A stretch of 33,941 nucleotides of DNA from an uncultured Candidatus Saccharibacteria bacterium (GCA_964368915.1 CAYJDH010000006.1:1-33941), one strand, 5' to 3'; shown: positions 23,833 to 33,941, counted from the first letter of the stretch. The notes: a model not told the origin generated them from the letters alone. Made by a program: numbers and translations.

Positions 23833-24711
23833 CTACCAACTACTACTCGATCCACCACCTCCTGACGAGCCGCCGCCGAATCCTCCGAATGAGGACCCGC
23901 TAGATCCAGAATATCCGCCACCCATATGACTGCCTCCTGCCCACCATGATGGAGTAGTACCAGAGGACTTTGCTGCTTTGAAATTCTTTGAGACAAAATA
24001 ATCAAAAACAAAACCAACAACAGTAATCAGAAATACCCAGATGACTTTATATAAGAAAATAAATAATATGAGAGCGAGAACAAAACCAATCACACCACCC
24101 AGCCACCAACTTTTACTGCGTCCCAATATCGCGGCGAGTATCGGAACAATGAAAAAGAAAAACAGAAAGGCGATATTGATAAACATCTCAGGAGAAAAAG
24201 ATGAAGCTGTAGAGTTATTGTCTTTTACATATATCTCACCTACTGTTGCGGCCTCTATTCCATCCGCACCGTACTCTAGGGCGCCATCATAATCTCCGGC
24301 CTTTAAATATGTATTCATACCAGTAAGTATCTGATCGCTCTCCAGGTCAGTCAGCGCACCCTCGAGACCATAACCCACCTCGATGCGGGACTTTCTCTCT
24401 TCTAATGATAATAACAGCAGTACACCATTATTGTTTTCTTTTGATCCTATCCCCCACTCGCGGAACATTTGCACCGCATACTCCTCTATATATCTGCCGT
24501 CCATGTTTGGAACGATGACCATGGATATCTCATGTGTTGTGCTGGCTTTAAACTGTGCCAACTCTATATTGAGTTTGTCTTTTGTTTCCGTAGACAGAAC
24601 ATCCGCAAAGTCATTTACATAGTTAGTCGGCTTGTATGGGATATCAAATGCAAAAGATATGGTAAAGAAAAAAGCACCTATAATAGAAAACGTTACAAGT
24701 GCTTTTTTCAT
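23833..24711 (-). CDS. TPM-domain (YgcG-like) membrane protein
   Basis: 292-aa ORF. Signal peptide, TPM domain (YVNDFADVLS.., NNGVLLLLSLEERKSRIEVGYGLEGALTD), TM helices and a Gly/Ser-rich C-terminal tail. Confidence 0.85.
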   Translation of the reverse strand: MKKALVTFSIIGAFFFTISFAFDIPYKPTNYVNDFADVLSTETKDKLNIELAQFKASTTHEISMVIVPNMDGRYIEEYAVQMFREWGIGSKENNNGVLLLLSLEERKSRIEVGYGLEGALTDLESDQILTGMNTYLKAGDYDGALEYGADGIEAATVGEIYVKDNNSTASSFSPEMFINIAFLFFFFIVPILAAILGRSKSWWLGGVIGFVLALILFIFLYKVIWVFLITVVGFVFDYFVSKNFKAAKSSGTTPSWWAGGSHMGGGYSGSSGSSFGGFGGGSSGGGGSSSSW

Positions 24712-24729
24712 ATTTATATTTTAATTAGA

Positions 24730-25320
24730 TTAAAATTGTACCTTTGGAGCTGTCTCGGCACCAGTCTGTTGCAATTCAAAGTATGGACGAACATCAAATC
24801 CAAACATCTTCGCAAACAACATACCTGGGAAAGCCTTAACTTTTAAGTTATAAGCCTGCACAACATTATTAAAATCCATACGAGCTACAGCTATTCTATT
24901 CTCTGTCCCCTCTATTTCTTTTTGTAGAGACATAAAGTTCTCATTTGATTTTAATTGAGGATAAGCCTCAGCTACTGACAACAGACGTGACACCATTACT
25001 CCAAATTGTCCCTGGGCATCATTAAAATTTTTCAATGCCTCAGGATTGTTGAGAGCCTCTGCTGTTAATGTAACTTGTCCTACCTTTGCGCGAGCTTCAG
25101 CAATACCAACGAACACATCTTTCTCTTGCTTTGCTACACCTTGCACTACTGACACCAAGTTTGGCACCAAATCAAAACGACGTTGATATTGAGTAGTTAC
25201 CTGTGCCCATTTTGCATTTGTATCCTCTGATGACTTTACAAAGCCATTGTAACTGTACGCACCCATAACAATTAATAAAACTACGAGACCCCCTAAAATA
25301 AGTAATCCTTTATTTTTCAT
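24730..25320 (-). CDS. lemA: LemA-family protein
   Basis: 196-aa ORF. N-terminal TM helix and YNGFV..WAQVTTQYQRRFDLVPNLV..AEAYPQLKSNENF, typical of LemA. Confidence 0.88.
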   Translation of the reverse strand: MKNKGLLILGGLVVLLIVMGAYSYNGFVKSSEDTNAKWAQVTTQYQRRFDLVPNLVSVVQGVAKQEKDVFVGIAEARAKVGQVTLTAEALNNPEALKNFNDAQGQFGVMVSRLLSVAEAYPQLKSNENFMSLQKEIEGTENRIAVARMDFNNVVQAYNLKVKAFPGMLFAKMFGFDVRPYFELQQTGAETAPKVQF

Positions 25321-25335
25321 ATTTTTAGTATAGCA

Positions 25336-26277
25336 CTAGATATTCTCACCGCGAAGTGCCGCTATGCGCTCTTCGATTGGTGGATGTGTAGCAAACAGTC
25401 TCTGGAAAAATGTCTGGTGGCTGGCACCTCCTAATGGACAAGATATATAAAGATGAGCTGTGGCTGGATTAGCATTTTGCATTGGCTGTTTGAAATTGGA
25501 TATCTTGATAAGTGCGCTCGCCAGACCCTCTGGATAACCAGTTAATAACGCCCCGCCAGCGTCAGCCATGAATTCACGCTTCCTTGATATTGATGATTGC
25601 ACTATCACTGCAGCAATAGGAATAATCAAACTGGCCACCACACCGACTATCATCATAAACATATTATTCCCCTCACGTTTATCTCCTACGAATGACGCAT
25701 GCATAGCAAAGTTGGCAAGAGTAGACAGTACGCTCGCCATCACAACTACCACTGACATTATTAATATGTCTTTGTTTTTGATGTGACTCATCTCATGAGC
25801 CATCACACCCTCCAGCTCTCCACGATTGAGCATTGCGAGCAGTCCTGTTGTCGCAGCCACAGCCGCGTGTTTGTCATTACGCCCTGTTGCAAATGCATTT
25901 GGAGCTGGATCATTGATAACATACACAGCCGGTTTTGTCAGACCATCACGCTTTGCGAGCATGTCTACTATTTCATGCAGCTCGGTATATTTTTGAATGT
26001 CAGCTGGTACAGCCCCACTCATTGAGAGAGCTATTTTGTCAGAAAAGAAATAGCTGACCACGTTTTGAACTATAGCCATAAATAGGGCTATCCAAATATA
26101 ATCAGTATTACCAGTTGCCCCAGCCAAAACATAACCAAATGCGACTATTGCGCCAGTTATGGCAGCAAGCAATAGAAAAGTCTTTATATTGTTCGTTGAC
26201 TTTTGTTCTATAAAGTGGTTTTTATTCATATGTCTATCTACTATAAGATAACCACCGAAAATGTCAATGTGTGACAT
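25336..26277 (-). CDS. htpX: HtpX-like M48 zinc metalloprotease
   Basis: HEMSHIKNKD zinc site, TM helices, and C-terminal FATHPPIEERI. An alternative start at the ATG 26227-26229 (MNKNHF..) is possible. Confidence 0.88.
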   Translation of the reverse strand: MSHIDIFGGYLIVDRHMNKNHFIEQKSTNNIKTFLLLAAITGAIVAFGYVLAGATGNTDYIWIALFMAIVQNVVSYFFSDKIALSMSGAVPADIQKYTELHEIVDMLAKRDGLTKPAVYVINDPAPNAFATGRNDKHAAVAATTGLLAMLNRGELEGVMAHEMSHIKNKDILIMSVVVVMASVLSTLANFAMHASFVGDKREGNNMFMMIVGVVASLIIPIAAVIVQSSISRKREFMADAGGALLTGYPEGLASALIKISNFKQPMQNANPATAHLYISCPLGGASHQTFFQRLFATHPPIEERIAALRGENI

Positions 26278-26323
26278 GCAAAAAAACTATTACGAGCTTT
26301 AAATAATATGGTATTATTAGGAG

Positions 26324-28069
26324 ATGCAAGAAAAAGATAATCTATACAAGATTCGCCACTCACTAGCTCACATACTCGCTATGGCGGTACTGGGAAAGTA
26401 CCCGAATGCCAAGATAACCCTGGGTCCACCGGTAGATAATGGCTTCTATTATGATATTGATTTCGGTGCTGACAAGTTGTCGCCCGAGGACTTCCCGGCT
26501 CTTGAGACAAAGATGAAACAAATCATAAAAGAGGATTATGACTTTGTAATGAATGATATATCGAATGACGAGGCTCTAAAAATGTTTGCAGATAACAAAT
26601 ACAAAACAGAGCTGATCACAGATCTGATCAAGAATGATGCGAAGTTAACAACCTACACCACAGGAGAGTTCACTGACCTCTGTGAAGGCCCACATGTATC
26701 AAATACTCGCGACATTGACCCAGAATGTTTCAAACTTGATAAAGTCGCTGGGTCGTATTGGCGTGGCGATGAGAAAAATGCAGTGTTGACTCGTGTGTAT
26801 GGATTAGCATTTGAAACAAAAGCAAAGCTAGATGAATATGTGGCACAAATGGAGGAGGCTAAAAAGCGTGACCACCGCGTTCTCGGTCGCGAGCTAGGAC
26901 TATTTATATTCTCTGACCTTGTCGGACCAGGTCTGCCGCTATGGACTCCACGTGGCACTATACTGCGCAAACAAATAGATAATTATGTCCAAGAGCTACG
27001 CAGCGAGTACAACTATGGTGCCGTGACTATCCCTCACTTCACAAAGCCAGACCTGTATGTGAAAAGTCAGCACTATGAAAAATATGGTGATGATCTTTTT
27101 AAGGTGCACACTCGTGATGGGCATGAGCTGTGTATAAAGCCGATGAATTGCCCTCATCATGCACAGATATACGCATCCCAACTGCGCTCATATCGCGAAC
27201 TCCCTGTCAGATACAGCGAGACGACTATGGTATATCGTGACGAGCAATCAGGAGAGCTGAATGGTCTATCGCGTGTACTATCCATAACTCAAGATGATGC
27301 GCATGTGTTCTGTATGGAGTCTCAACTGGAAGAGGAGATGAATAATATTTGGAATCTAATAGAAAGGTTCTACTCTACTTTTGGATTTACAAAATTAACA
27401 CCAAGATTCTCACGTCGTGATGATGATGCAAAATTCAAAGGCAATATGGATCTGTGGGAAAAGGCAGAAGGAGCGATCAAGAATCTGCTCGACAAGCGTG
27501 CTGCTGGCAAATGGGTTGATGGCGAAGGCGAGGCAGCGTTCTATGGTCCAAAAATAGACTTTATGGCCGAGGATGCGATAGGTCGCAAACATCAAGTAGG
27601 AACAATACAATTGGACTTTGTTCAGCCTACCAACTTTGGACTGGAATATGTAAACGAGGAAGGCAATCGTGCCATGCCTGTGATGATACATTGTGCCATC
27701 GCTGGATCACTCGAGAGATTCCTCTCTGTTTATCTCGAGCACTCTGCAGGAGTATTCCCTCTTTGGCTAGCTCCAAATCAAATCAAAATTATTCCTATCA
27801 AAAATGATTTACATTTAGAGTATGCAGAAAATGTTTATCGTGAATTAAAACAGGCCGGCATACGTGTTGACCTCGACAGCGACAAGAATGGTCTCGGTAA
27901 AAAAGTCCGCGAGGCAAAAGATATGAAGTATCCATACTGGATAGTTATCGGTGATGCCGAGATCGCTGGCAACACTGTCACCCTCGAGTCTCTCGCTGGC
28001 GACAAGGTATCCCTCTCGCTAGATGAACTTAAAAATAAATTAAAAGAGGAGATAAATAATAAAAAGTAA
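26324..28069 (+). CDS. thrS: Threonine--tRNA ligase (lacks the N-terminal TGS domain)
   Basis: 581-aa ORF. Begins at the editing/second-additional domain (IRHSLAHILAMAV), followed by the class II core (DHRVLGRELGLF.., ..FYGPKIDF..) and an anticodon-binding domain. Confidence 0.93.
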   Translation: MQEKDNLYKIRHSLAHILAMAVLGKYPNAKITLGPPVDNGFYYDIDFGADKLSPEDFPALETKMKQIIKEDYDFVMNDISNDEALKMFADNKYKTELITDLIKNDAKLTTYTTGEFTDLCEGPHVSNTRDIDPECFKLDKVAGSYWRGDEKNAVLTRVYGLAFETKAKLDEYVAQMEEAKKRDHRVLGRELGLFIFSDLVGPGLPLWTPRGTILRKQIDNYVQELRSEYNYGAVTIPHFTKPDLYVKSQHYEKYGDDLFKVHTRDGHELCIKPMNCPHHAQIYASQLRSYRELPVRYSETTMVYRDEQSGELNGLSRVLSITQDDAHVFCMESQLEEEMNNIWNLIERFYSTFGFTKLTPRFSRRDDDAKFKGNMDLWEKAEGAIKNLLDKRAAGKWVDGEGEAAFYGPKIDFMAEDAIGRKHQVGTIQLDFVQPTNFGLEYVNEEGNRAMPVMIHCAIAGSLERFLSVYLEHSAGVFPLWLAPNQIKIIPIKNDLHLEYAENVYRELKQAGIRVDLDSDKNGLGKKVREAKDMKYPYWIVIGDAEIAGNTVTLESLAGDKVSLSLDELKNKLKEEINNKK

Positions 28070-28070
28070 T

Positions 28071-28565
28071 ATGAAAAATAAAAAATATATCTATATAGGT
28101 GCTGCAGTAATTATTTTGGTTATAGCTACATACTTTGCACTTTACAATAAAAAAGAAGGAGTGAAAATATCTAACATAATACCTAATAATAAAAATATTG
28201 TAGTTGGAGAAAAGTACGAGTCATTCATTGTTTCAAAATTACTAACTGAATACAATCCTGAAGTGGGTGGTAGAGTAGAATTTTTAGCAGATAGTAAAAT
28301 TAAAGTCATGACTAGTGTAGAAGTTGAAAATTTTGAATATAAAACAGTGATGATTAACTCTGAGACTATTAAAGATGTAGCACCTAGACTTTTAAATGAC
28401 GAGAGGGGCTGCGAGTTAACTTCAGATAAAAAAGAAGTGAGAGACATAATAAGCTCTTTAAACAATGGAGACAAAATAACGTTTGAGTTAGAAAAATATG
28501 ACTACGATAACAGAGGAATAGCGGTTTATAACGCTTGCTACACTAGCTCAATAACTAAAAATTAA
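28071..28565 (+). CDS. Membrane-anchored extracytoplasmic protein, unknown function (two Cys)
   Basis: 164-aa ORF. N-terminal TM helix (YIYIGAAVIILVIATYFALY) and Cys residues only in the C-terminal part (..ERGCELT.. and ..YNACYTS..). The ATG follows the thrS stop by 1 nt. Confidence 0.55.
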   Translation: MKNKKYIYIGAAVIILVIATYFALYNKKEGVKISNIIPNNKNIVVGEKYESFIVSKLLTEYNPEVGGRVEFLADSKIKVMTSVEVENFEYKTVMINSETIKDVAPRLLNDERGCELTSDKKEVRDIISSLNNGDKITFELEKYDYDNRGIAVYNACYTSSITKN

Positions 28566-28569
28566 TAAT

Positions 28570-29136
28570 ATGTCAGATATCATTTCATTTCAACAGTTTT
28601 CGGACCTGAATACTCTCGGGGTGTTGGCGTTGCTCGCGCTCAATATTGTATTAGCCATCGGATACTTTACATCAACAAAAATCAAGAACTTTCTACTCGG
28701 TATATCTTATAAAAAATGGATAGCCCTCACGACTGCGATACTAGCCATCGGAATAGTCGGCGCAAATATGTATGAGTATGTGTACAATGACCCACCATGT
28801 ATGTTTTGCTGGTATCAACGTGTGACTATATACGGCATGTTCATAGTCTGTCTGGTGGAGCTGATGAAAAATACTCGTGTGGCGCACATGTTCATCAACG
28901 CCTTCGCAATATTAACTGCGCTGATCGCGACATATCACTACTCATTTCATTTTCGTAAATACGTTCTGGATGAATCAGCATTAACAATGCCCTGCTCTAC
29001 CAACCCACTCGTAGCCAGCTGTGAGTCTGCAAAGGTTGTAAGTTTCGGATTTGCGACTATGCCGATGATGAGCATAATAGTTGCTATCACTGTCATCCTG
29101 ATCTCACTCATCCTCTGCAAGAAGGTAGCTAAATAA
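28570..29136 (+). CDS. DsbB/BdbC-family disulfide bond formation protein
   Basis: 188-aa ORF with four hydrophobic helices. First loop PPCMFCWYQRVTIYG (the CxxCWYQR motif of BdbC/DsbB). Second Cys pair MPCSTNPLVASCES. Confidence 0.7.
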   Translation: MSDIISFQQFSDLNTLGVLALLALNIVLAIGYFTSTKIKNFLLGISYKKWIALTTAILAIGIVGANMYEYVYNDPPCMFCWYQRVTIYGMFIVCLVELMKNTRVAHMFINAFAILTALIATYHYSFHFRKYVLDESALTMPCSTNPLVASCESAKVVSFGFATMPMMSIIVAITVILISLILCKKVAK

Positions 29137-29160
29137 AATGAGAACGAATTAAGTAAAACG

Positions 29161-29183
29161 AAACCGCGCACATGGCGCGGTTT
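29161..29183. terminator. Bidirectional intrinsic terminator
   Basis: AAACCGCGC-acatg-GCGCGGTTT, with an A-tract upstream and a T-tract downstream. Sits between convergent genes 28570..29136 (+) and 29183..29563 (-). Confidence 0.8.
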
Positions 29184-29563
29184 TAAGTTTTTGTATCCAG
29201 CTCTCGCGAAACTGAGTACAAAACTTTTGACAAAGCAAAGACTGACCCAGGGTGATCCTGCTGCACAATACGCAAACAGTCGTTGTTCGTAAAGACTGCC
29301 TGCAAGATAATTCGCCGCCCACTTGGCGGTAACTTGTCGATCATTTTCAAAGCATCAGACTCTCTACTTTTTTTAAGCCAGGCAGATACTTGAATTAACT
29401 TATGCGACCCCAATGCAGAAAAATTAAAGTCGACCCTGATTTCGTTTTCATTCAGGGCTCGGGTGCGAATGGCTGTCTTCCTAGCTTTTGCTTTACTCCC
29501 GCGTTCCAGGTTAGCTTCGATCCTAACCCAGCGACCATAGAACTGCTCGATTGCATTTGGCAT
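29183..29563 (-). CDS. Hypothetical protein (orphan), strong SD
   Basis: 126-aa ORF. A perfect AGGAGG lies 5 nt upstream of the ATG (the minus strand reads aaagttAGGAGGcaagtATG). A terminator follows directly after the stop. No family recognised. Confidence 0.65.
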   Translation of the reverse strand: MPNAIEQFYGRWVRIEANLERGSKAKARKTAIRTRALNENEIRVDFNFSALGSHKLIQVSAWLKKSRESDALKMIDKLPPSGRRIILQAVFTNNDCLRIVQQDHPGSVFALSKVLYSVSRELDTKT

Positions 29564-29606
29564 ACTTGCCTCCTAACTTTTAGTCTAAATCAAAACTAAC
29601 AGCAAA

Positions 29607-30356
29607 TTAACTCGAAGTCAACTCGAGGCACATGAACATAGGTATCTCGCGGCGGGCGCGATCCTCGGCGTCTTTGCGTGGCCCCTGCTCCGACTCTTTG
29701 TGGCTCACCCACTCCTCAAGTCTGTTAACAACAAACCCTGAGTTAGCAAATATTTTAAAATAGTATTGCATTGGTCTGTGATATGAATAAGTAAATGTCT
29801 TGTCAGTTTTTTTTCCTGGGGTCATGTCCATTTTTATTTTTGACTCTGTCATATACGCATCCACGCGGCGATACTGCGCGTCATTATCATTGTGCCAGCT
29901 AGACTGCTTTGGTATGCGAAATGCTGGATGATTGATTATCAAAATACATTTACCATTTTTATTCATTACCATTTTCAAATTCTCAAACACCTTTTTTACA
30001 TTCTCAATATTTTGTATAGCGAGCACACATATCGCAATGTCGAACTTGCTCTTCATATCTGATGCAAAGCTTTCAGCATTTAAAACTCTAAAGTCTATAT
30101 TTTTATTTTTTGATCGCGCGATCTTTACCAGATCCTCCCCCATATCAAATGCAGTCACTTTTGCCCCAGCCTTTTCTAATGCTCCAGCAAAGTACCCCTG
30201 CCCACAGGCGACATCTAAAATATTTTTACCTTTTGCATCGCCAATAATACGTAACAGATTTGGCAATATTACATTTTTCTGAAATGAGTCGTCATTACTA
30301 ACAACCTCATCGTACCAGCCCGCCACCTCACCCCAATCTGTTTTAGTTGTTTTCAT
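29607..30356 (-). CDS. Class I SAM-dependent methyltransferase
   Basis: ILDVACGQGYF (motif I), AFDMGE, and a Methyltransf_11-like core. The track start (30371) is a TTG. The ATG at 30354-30356 (MKTTKTDWGEVAGWYDE) is preferred. Confidence 0.8.
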   Translation of the reverse strand: MKTTKTDWGEVAGWYDEVVSNDDSFQKNVILPNLLRIIGDAKGKNILDVACGQGYFAGALEKAGAKVTAFDMGEDLVKIARSKNKNIDFRVLNAESFASDMKSKFDIAICVLAIQNIENVKKVFENLKMVMNKNGKCILIINHPAFRIPKQSSWHNDNDAQYRRVDAYMTESKIKMDMTPGKKTDKTFTYSYHRPMQYYFKIFANSGFVVNRLEEWVSHKESEQGPRKDAEDRARREIPMFMCLELTSS

Positions 30357-30401
30357 TTTCTTAATATTCAAAATAACATATATGTATGTACATGTCTACT
30401 C

Positions 30402-30429
30402 TTGCGCGCAGCTGCAGGAGGAGTAGAAT
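30402..30429 (+). promoter_or_regulatory. Candidate sigma-70 promoter (TTGCGC-N16-TAGAAT) overlapped by GC-rich palindromes
   Basis: TTGCGC at 30402-30407 and TAGAAT at 30424-30429. The overlapping palindromes TGCGCGCA (30403-10), GCAGCTGC (30408-15) and CTGCAG (30412-17) cover the -35 and spacer. Confidence 0.3.
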
Positions 30430-30483
30430 TTGTAATTGGAACGTAGGAGTTTTTGTGATTTCACTTTAATTTAGGGGAAAGAC

Positions 30484-30927
30484 ATGAAGAGTCGTTTGGA
30501 TGGTTGCAATATTCTGTGGTCTGCAGTTGGGAGCTCTTTCCAGGGCGGATTTGTAAAACTCTCTCCACTAAAAACAACAGAAGGAGTGTGGATAGAAAAA
30601 AATGAGCCAGAAAACATTATTAAGTTAGCCTCTGGCGACTGGCGAGGTGAGGTAACAAAAATTTCTAAACCAAGATCCAGAGAAATAGCTAAAAAAATAC
30701 TCTCCAAAAGAGGCCGTCTCAAATACACTTTCGTTCTACTTGGTGGAGGAGAGGTAGATCTTTGGAAATCTGAAGACCTTGACTGTGGAGACAGCTTTCG
30801 ATTGCTAACCAGGCAAGGAGGTAAAGCTGGTGAAGAGGTTTCACTTTCAGTCCCCGGAAGAGATGAGGATGAAAAGGAACTGGTCAAGTTATGTTTGATG
30901 CTTAACCTCGACAACAAGTATGGCTGA
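30484..30927 (+). CDS. Hypothetical protein (orphan)
   Basis: 147-aa ORF. SD-like AGGGG (30473-30477) lies 6 nt upstream of the ATG. TGA at 30925-27 is followed by a strong terminator. The mirror ORF 30471..30917 (-) is judged spurious. Confidence 0.6.
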   Translation: MKSRLDGCNILWSAVGSSFQGGFVKLSPLKTTEGVWIEKNEPENIIKLASGDWRGEVTKISKPRSREIAKKILSKRGRLKYTFVLLGGGEVDLWKSEDLDCGDSFRLLTRQGGKAGEEVSLSVPGRDEDEKELVKLCLMLNLDNKYG

Positions 30928-30944
30928 GGCTATCTGGTATTTGC

Positions 30945-30969
30945 AAAGGCCCGCGCAGCGCGGGCCTTT
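30945..30969. terminator. Intrinsic terminator (plus-strand T-tract best; may also serve gyrB)
   Basis: AAAGGCCCGCG-cag-CGCGGGCCTTT, followed by TTTTGATTT on the plus strand. Confidence 0.8.
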
Positions 30970-31003
30970 TGATTTATCTAATTTTACTTTTTATTTCTTA
31001 AAA

Positions 31004-33103
<2,100 letters not shown>

Positions 33104-33118
33104 CTAATAAACCAAACG

Positions 33119-33142
33119 AAAAGGGGCTCGCAAGCCCCTTTT
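33119..33142 (-). terminator. Intrinsic terminator after the C39-like peptidase gene
   Basis: AAAAGGGGCT-cgca-AGCCCCTTTT. On the minus strand it is followed by TTTTCGTTTGGTTT. Lies 10 nt after the stop at 33152. Confidence 0.85.
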
Positions 33143-33151
33143 AAACGCTAA

Positions 33152-33700
33152 TTACTTGGCAACAAACTCTGGGAATATTGCCATGCGCCGCCACTCGCCC
33201 TTAAACGTTTTTAGGTCAACGAACAGGTGTGTCTTTTCTGTTGGCCTGATGGACTCTGGGTCGTGGACAAAGAACCCCAACAACTTTCCGTCTTTGCTTT
33301 TTCTATACCCAGTTATCAGAACCATGTGGAACTTATTTTTTGTAAGCAGGGAGTTTGTGACGGAAACAATTACAGGTGTGCTGTTGTCTATAGACCGAAC
33401 AAAAAGCGACACTTGTCGTGGCTTCATTTCTACCATGTTGCAAGATGAGTACCCTCGCTCCGTGAAAAGACTCACAAAGTAGGAGTGCTTCCACCCTGCT
33501 CCACTGTATGCAGACGGCAACTCAATGCCTTCTTCGAACATCTTCTCCACACTCGAAACCTCCACTCCCAAATACTTCATAACCATGTATACGCACGTTA
33601 TGCCGCAGGCGCGCACAGCATTTAACGTATTACGTGGGAACGCCAGGAACTGTGACACATAGGGAACATCTAGCTTTACTTCCACAGACCTCTCAGACAT
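33152..33700 (-). CDS. C39-like (papain-fold) cysteine peptidase domain protein, cytoplasmic
   Basis: 182-aa ORF. LDVPYVSQ....ACGITCVYMVMKYLG (catalytic Cys context of Peptidase_C39_2/BtrH-like proteins) and HMVLITGY (His). No signal peptide. GAGAGG SD 6 nt upstream of the ATG. Confidence 0.5.
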   Translation of the reverse strand: MSERSVEVKLDVPYVSQFLAFPRNTLNAVRACGITCVYMVMKYLGVEVSSVEKMFEEGIELPSAYSGAGWKHSYFVSLFTERGYSSCNMVEMKPRQVSLFVRSIDNSTPVIVSVTNSLLTKNKFHMVLITGYRKSKDGKLLGFFVHDPESIRPTEKTHLFVDLKTFKGEWRRMAIFPEFVAK

Positions 33701-33762
33701 AAAGAACCTCTCTTCGTTAGTTAATTATTCTTATAATGCCTGAGGCCGGTAAATAAGTCAAA

Positions 33763-33941
33763 TTATAAGCTTTTTACCGCTGCGTTGTACCTGTCTCCCC
33801 TGTCGTACTCATTTTCAAACATACCAAAACTAGCAAAGGCTGGGGTGAATAACACGACATCACCCTCACTCGCAGACTCATGAGCCAAGTTCACAGCAGC
33901 GTTGATACTGTCAGACAAGACATAGTCATTAAAATCTTTCT
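33763..33941 (-). CDS. murD: 3' end of a Mur ligase gene, most like murD (partial)
   Basis: Minus-strand translation from the window edge: KDFNDYVLSDSINAAVNLAHESASEGDVVLFTPAFASFGMFENEYDRGDRYNAAVKSL, stop at 33763-33765. It matches the MurD C-terminal pattern (vlLSPacaSfDqFknyeeRG..F). Confidence 0.55.
   Translation of the reverse strand, partial: KDFNDYVLSDSINAAVNLAHESASEGDVVLFTPAFASFGMFENEYDRGDRYNAAVKSL

Noticed and set aside
30471-30917. 148-aa minus-strand ORF mirroring 30484..30927
   Set aside because: The plus-strand partner has the SD and terminator. The sense strand is purine-rich, which keeps the antisense frame open. The product is Ser/Pro/Leu-rich and non-protein-like.

Overview
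Gene-dense (roughly 90% coding) chromosomal segment of a small-genome bacterium. A Patescibacteria/CPR-like origin is only a low-confidence guess, based on compact fused genes, the MVVRMRHTR-type L32, an RRM protein and few SD sites. Standard code 11 fits, since dnaE, gyrB, nrdD and typA are all intact. Housekeeping genes: tlyA-rnc-nusB(fused to a Nudix-like domain)-rpmF-rnhB on the minus strand, divergent dnaE, tRNA-Glu(CUC), typA, thrS, gyrB and a murD 3' end. Accessory or physiological genes: membrane-anchored copper nitrite reductase (nirK), class III RNR nrdD-nrdG plus an FNR-like flavoprotein, a divergent ArsR-type regulator, an MsbA-like ABC exporter, a PAS protein divergent from an orphan ECF sigma factor, an M3 oligopeptidase, a LemA-TPM-HtpX membrane module, DUF305, a DsbB/BdbC homolog, a C39-like peptidase and several orphan genes. 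I saw no rRNA, CRISPR array, transposase, integrase or obvious defence system. Points most worth follow-up: (1) an atypically GC-rich, helix-rich 290-bp spacer between two convergent genes (candidate ncRNA or gene relic); (2) NirK with Gln at the position of the type-1 Cu axial Met; (3) the NusB-Nudix fusion with a degenerate Nudix box; (4) recurrent TGnTATAAT extended -10 boxes placed so that dnaE, rnhB and the M3 peptidase look leaderless; (5) a complete promoter-SD-ORF-terminator unit for a 41-aa membrane peptide missing from the ORF track; (6) an ECF sigma/PAS divergent pair with a tandem-repeat promoter. All calls come from reading the sequence and translations by eye, with no database search.
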